Origin: an uncultured Nitrospiraceae bacterium
GTDB taxonomy: Bacteria > Nitrospirota > Thermodesulfovibrionia > Thermodesulfovibrionales > UBA6898
DNA length: 64,000 bases
Assembly (NCBI GenBank): GCA_963811165.1
Contig: CAWEQH010000001.1
Location: 448,001-512,000, forward strand
Reading direction: 5' to 3'
The position numbers were made by a program, and so were the translations under genes. Shown one piece after another: positions 60,226-64,000 of the stretch. Under the pieces are notes generated by a model. It ran no database searches. It was not told the DNA's origin and saw only the letters and a program-made list of their open reading frames with translations. Each line of letters begins with the position of its first letter. Position 1 is the stretch's first letter.

Positions 60226-60610
60226 TTAGTATGTCGACTCGCATCCTGCCACAAGCGCATACTTTTCCACCGGATTTCCGCCTATGATATGTTCCCTGAA
60301 AATCTCCCTGATCTTTTCGTCAGTGAGGTCGCAGTATTTCACCGGCGGGTGGTTCATCAACTCGACCGTTGCAAGGGGTTCTTTCGCACAGAGTCCCGCG
60401 CAGCCCGAGGTAGTCACGATGACGTCGGTTGCGTTTGCTTTTGCTGATCTCGTCCATGAGTGCGGACATTACCGCCCTCGCCCCTGCGGCGATACCGCAG
60501 GTGCCCATATGTACGGTCACCTTCGCCCTGTAGCCGCCTTCACGAAGGGTGAAATCGGCACGATGCTTTTCCTTGATTTTTTTTAGGTCATCTATCGTCA
60601 ATCTCGGCAT
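60226..60610 (-). CDS. Thioredoxin-like [2Fe-2S] subunit (HydD/HndB-like; apparent frameshift near 60435)
   Basis: VHMGTCGIAAGA joins TSGCAGLCAKEP after removing one base. Confidence 0.85.
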
Positions 60611-60611
60611 G

Positions 60612-61538
60612 TTAAGCCTCCTTTTCGGCCATTTCTTCCGCCTCTTCGGCCGGAGCCGACTCTAAGACGGTGGTATCAAACTGACTGATTTTTTCGATTG
60701 CCTTTTTGGGCGTCATTGCGCCGTAAGTCTCCTGGTCTATTACCATGACCGGGGCGAGGCCGCATGCGCCGAGGCATCTCACCGCCTCGAGAGAGAACTT
60801 CCTGTCCTCGGTGGTTTCTCCTACATTTATCTTCAGCGTATCCTGGATCTTCTTGATGACTCTCTCTATGCCTTTTACGTAACAGGCGGTGCCGAGGCAG
60901 ACCCTGATGTTGTGGTCCCCTCTGGGCTTCATCGTAAAGAAAGAGTAAAAGGAGACAACACTGTGTACCTCCGCCTCAGGTATGTTCAGCCCTTTCGCTA
61001 TCCTTTTTTGCACTACCGGAGGGAGATACCCCACGATCTCCTGCGCGCGCTGAAGGACCGGTATCAGAGATCCGGGCTTCGTCTTTAATTGGGCGATTAC
61101 CCTGTCCAGTTCTGCGGCCATGGCAGGTGGGAATTCTTCGGTCTTTTTTACCTCCTCCGGTTTCCTGCCCCTTGTCCATTCAACCGCCCGTTCGGTAACG
61201 TCAAGCAGGACCGAAGGCGTGAATGGTTTCGGCACATAGTCTATGATGCCCAGTTCGAGCGCCTCTTTTATGGTGTCCTGAGAGGGATATCCTGTGATAA
61301 TGACGATCCCGACAGAGGGCTTCATCTTTTTTATCCACCTGATAAGGGTGATGCCGTCCACCTCAGGCATCTTCAGGTCGGTGAAGACAAGGTCATAATT
61401 CTCCTGACCTATTTTCATGATCGCTTCTCTTCCCCCGAGCGCCCCTTCCACACTATATCCTTCGCTCTTAAGCACCCTTTCGGCGCTTTTGATGACAACA
61501 AGCTCGTCGTCGACGATCAATATTTTGGGTTCAGCCAT
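60612..61538 (-). CDS. Response-regulator receiver fused to NuoE/HydC [2Fe-2S] subunit
   Basis: IVDDE...TDLKMP...ITGY...KPF, then LIPVLQ, VSFY, CLGTAC, CLGACGLAP. Confidence 0.88.
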   Translation of the reverse strand: MAEPKILIVDDELVVIKSAERVLKSEGYSVEGALGGREAIMKIGQENYDLVFTDLKMPEVDGITLIRWIKKMKPSVGIVIITGYPSQDTIKEALELGIIDYVPKPFTPSVLLDVTERAVEWTRGRKPEEVKKTEEFPPAMAAELDRVIAQLKTKPGSLIPVLQRAQEIVGYLPPVVQKRIAKGLNIPEAEVHSVVSFYSFFTMKPRGDHNIRVCLGTACYVKGIERVIKKIQDTLKINVGETTEDRKFSLEAVRCLGACGLAPVMVIDQETYGAMTPKKAIEKISQFDTTVLESAPAEEAEEMAEKEA

Positions 61539-61570
61539 AAAATCCTCCTCACTATATAAACCGTGTATGG

Positions 61571-62338
61571 TTAAATTTTTAAAGCCTCGACGCGTGCCAG
61601 CCAGAGGAGCCAGCCCTCGCATAGGTTATCCCGTACCAGGGCGCTCATCGCAGTGTTTGCCTGATGGTTAAGTTCGACTACCCTTCCCGTCATCGGCGAG
61701 ATGAGGTCCTCTGTCTGCCCTCCGCCTGAGAGTATCTTTGCGAAGGGCTCCCCTGCAGCGACCATTTTGATGGTGTCCGGCAGGTCTATATACATCAGCT
61801 GTCCGCCGAGGAGCCAGTATCTGACGTCGCAGCCGATCTCCCATAGCCCGTTCTTCGATGGTCTGGCCCAGGTCCCCTCTTTATAAAAAATGACCGGGTT
61901 TTCCGTGTCCCTTAAGGACACTATCTCGTTTCTGAACTCGTCGATAAAGGCCTTCCGGAGTATCCAGCCCTTATTGTCGAAGACTTTTTTCGCAACGTTC
62001 ATCATGAACTCGGGGGTGAAGGGTTTTTCTATGAATTCGAAGGCCCCGAGTTTTACGGATTCCTTTGCGTCTTCAAGGGTGGGATACCCGGTGATGATCA
62101 CCACGTCCAGTTTTGGCTGAACTACCTTTGCCTCCCTAAGCACCGTGATGCCATTGATGTCCGGAAGCCGGATGTCGGAAATCAGGAGGTCAAATTCCTC
62201 GTTAGAGATCCTTTTGATCGCATCTTCCCCTCTGTCAGTGGTGATAATGTTGTACCCTTCAGCACCGAGGATCCTTTTGCAACTCAGCGTCACAACAGGG
62301 TCGTCATCAAGTACTAATATCTTCCCCTTGTTTTCCAT
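61571..62338 (-). CDS. Response-regulator receiver fused to GcvH-like domain
   Basis: REC (LDDD, SDIRLP, KPF) followed by TWAR...IG...GEPF...LISPMTGRVVELN...EGWL. Confidence 0.78.
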   Translation of the reverse strand: MENKGKILVLDDDPVVTLSCKRILGAEGYNIITTDRGEDAIKRISNEEFDLLISDIRLPDINGITVLREAKVVQPKLDVVIITGYPTLEDAKESVKLGAFEFIEKPFTPEFMMNVAKKVFDNKGWILRKAFIDEFRNEIVSLRDTENPVIFYKEGTWARPSKNGLWEIGCDVRYWLLGGQLMYIDLPDTIKMVAAGEPFAKILSGGGQTEDLISPMTGRVVELNHQANTAMSALVRDNLCEGWLLWLARVEALKI

Positions 62339-62599
62339 GACCGACCTCCTTTATTAGGTTCGTGGCTATAATCAGCAATAAGGATACCATTTTTTGAAAT
62401 ACTTTAAAATCAAAAAGATATGCGAGGGGAAGGGCGTCTGTTACCCGCTTGGGACGGAGAAGCGTATAGATAAAAAATACACCCGCACCTGCAAAAAAAG
62501 TCGTATCGCCTACGGACGTAACGATCCGGAGGTGTATATTTTTTTTATAAAGAGAGGACACGAGAATAATGACGGTGCAGGAAAAAAGACACCTTTTTC

Positions 62600-62628
62600 T
62601 TGACGTTCCCCTTCTTCACCCATATAAT
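62600..62628 (+). promoter_or_regulatory. sigma70-type promoter
   Basis: TTGACG-N17-TATAAT. Confidence 0.7.
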
Positions 62629-62724
62629 TCATCAAAAGACCTCACGCGGCACAAGAAATAATGTTAGGCGACAAGTCCCGCAATCCGCGATTAGCCGACG
62701 ATGTCCAGCTGAAAGGAGCAACGA

Positions 62725-63720
62725 ATGAGAAAAGTAATCGTATCAGTGATGGTATCCATTGATGGCTTCTTTGTCATTTGCTTAGCCCTTGCGGCTTTGA
62801 CTATGTTGGCAGGCTGCAGCCGCCCTGCACCCTATCGGGTGCAGGGGTATGTCGAAGGAGAGTTTGTATATGTGGCATCGCCTTTTGCCGGGGCGCTTGA
62901 GGCGCTGCATGTGCAGCGGGGCTCGCAGGTGAAGGCGGGTGATCCGCTTTTCGCGCTCGACAGCTCGCCGGAAAAGGCAGCCCGGGACGAAGCGAAACGG
63001 CGTGTGGATCAGGCCCGCTCGAATTTGGAAGATGCGGAAAAGGGCAAACGGCCAACGGAAATCGAATCCATAGAAGCGCAGCTCAGGCAGGCGCGCTCTG
63101 CGATGGCTTTTTCCGAGAAGGAATTTGAGCGACAGGAAAAAATGATCCGGAACCCGGGTGTGACAGCGGAGCAGGATTTTGACCAGGCGCGTTCGAAGCG
63201 GGACCAGGACAGCCACCGAGTGGCGCAGATTGAGGCAGATCTGAAAACAGCGCAGCTCGGCTCCCGCATCGACCAGGTCGCAGCGGCAGAGGCTAATGTA
63301 CGGGCCCAGGAAGCGGCGTTTGCCAAGGCGGAGTGGGACCTTTCACAGAAGCGTCAGACAGCGCCGCAGGCCGGTTTGGTTTTTGACACACTTTACCGCA
63401 AAGGGGAATGGGTCGCCGCAAGCAAGCCGGTCGTGGCATTGCTGCCGCCTGAGAATATAAAGGTGCGGGCGTTTGTGCCGGAGACATGGATCGGCGCGAT
63501 TCATCCAGGCGACCGTGTGCAGGTCTTCGTAGACGGCATGCGCGGACCTCTCATAGGGAAGGTGAGTTTCATTTCGCCCCAAGCGGAATATACCCCTCCG
63601 GTCATTTACAGCAGGGAGAGCCGCAGCAAGCTGGTTTTCATGATCGAGGCGGTCTTCGAACCCGGGGCGGCGGCGAAACTGCATCCCGGACAACCGGTTG
63701 ATGTGCAATTTGGTTTTTGA
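62725..63720 (+). CDS. HlyD/YbhG-type periplasmic adaptor of an ABC efflux system
   Basis: QGYVEGE, V..G..V..GDPLF, coiled hairpin, ISPQAEYTPP.IYS, LHPGQPVDV. Confidence 0.9.
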   Translation: MRKVIVSVMVSIDGFFVICLALAALTMLAGCSRPAPYRVQGYVEGEFVYVASPFAGALEALHVQRGSQVKAGDPLFALDSSPEKAARDEAKRRVDQARSNLEDAEKGKRPTEIESIEAQLRQARSAMAFSEKEFERQEKMIRNPGVTAEQDFDQARSKRDQDSHRVAQIEADLKTAQLGSRIDQVAAAEANVRAQEAAFAKAEWDLSQKRQTAPQAGLVFDTLYRKGEWVAASKPVVALLPPENIKVRAFVPETWIGAIHPGDRVQVFVDGMRGPLIGKVSFISPQAEYTPPVIYSRESRSKLVFMIEAVFEPGAAAKLHPGQPVDVQFGF

Positions 63721-63723
63721 CCT

Positions 63724-64000
63724 ATGACTGAAGACCTCGCCATAGATGTGCAGGGAATGACAAAGCGCTTCGGAGACCTTACGGCCGTCAACCATGTCGA
63801 TCTCCAGGTCCGCACAGGCGAAATCTGCGGCTTCCTGGGCCCAAACGGAAGCGGCAAGACGACTTTTATCCGTATGCTCTGCGGCCTTCTCCGTGCCGAC
63901 GAAGGCAGCGGAACGTGCCTCGGCCATAATGTAATCACCGAGAGCGGGGCGATCAAGAGAGAGGTCGGCTACATGACCCAGCGATTCAGTTTTTACGAGG
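63724..64000 (+). CDS. ABC transporter ATP-binding protein (partial, runs off the window)
   Basis: MTEDLAIDVQGMTKRFGD...GFLGPNGSGKTT Walker A. Confidence 0.9.
   Translation, partial: MTEDLAIDVQGMTKRFGDLTAVNHVDLQVRTGEICGFLGPNGSGKTTFIRMLCGLLRADEGSGTCLGHNVITESGAIKREVGYMTQRFSFYE

Overview
Ordinary chromosomal DNA from an anaerobic Gram-negative bacterium. The gene content (pilB-T-C-S-R, ntrYX, RACo/ASKHA activator, CIRCE-groESL, NuoEFG-like complex) is most consistent with Nitrospirota (Thermodesulfovibrionia) or Desulfobacterota; this is inference, not a database result. Housekeeping blocks (hisIE, rnr, nadB, type IV pilus, panC, ispG, mltG, groESL) are interrupted by accessory DNA. An island downstream of tRNA-Ala(GGC) carries two lipoproteins, a CrtI-like oxidoreductase, an element made of two tyrosine recombinases bounded by 16-bp inverted repeats, and an IS3. 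Next to it is a copper operon led by a DUF2946/CruR-like Cys-rich leader ending in RPP, followed by a NosL-His/Met-beta-barrel fusion, a second barrel-like protein, copC and copD. The right end holds a HydB/C/D-type flavin-bifurcation-like module. Its NuoE subunit is fused to a response-regulator receiver, its large subunit lacks the Mo ligand, and it is flanked by a receiver-GcvH-like fusion and a DRTGG/kinase/PHP cassette. A 33-bp tandem array of in-frame 9-codon mini-ORFs with bottom-strand hairpins follows a sigma-54-type pair of membrane-protein genes. About nine single-base frameshifts in conserved genes suggest consensus sequencing errors. All calls were made by eye without database searches.
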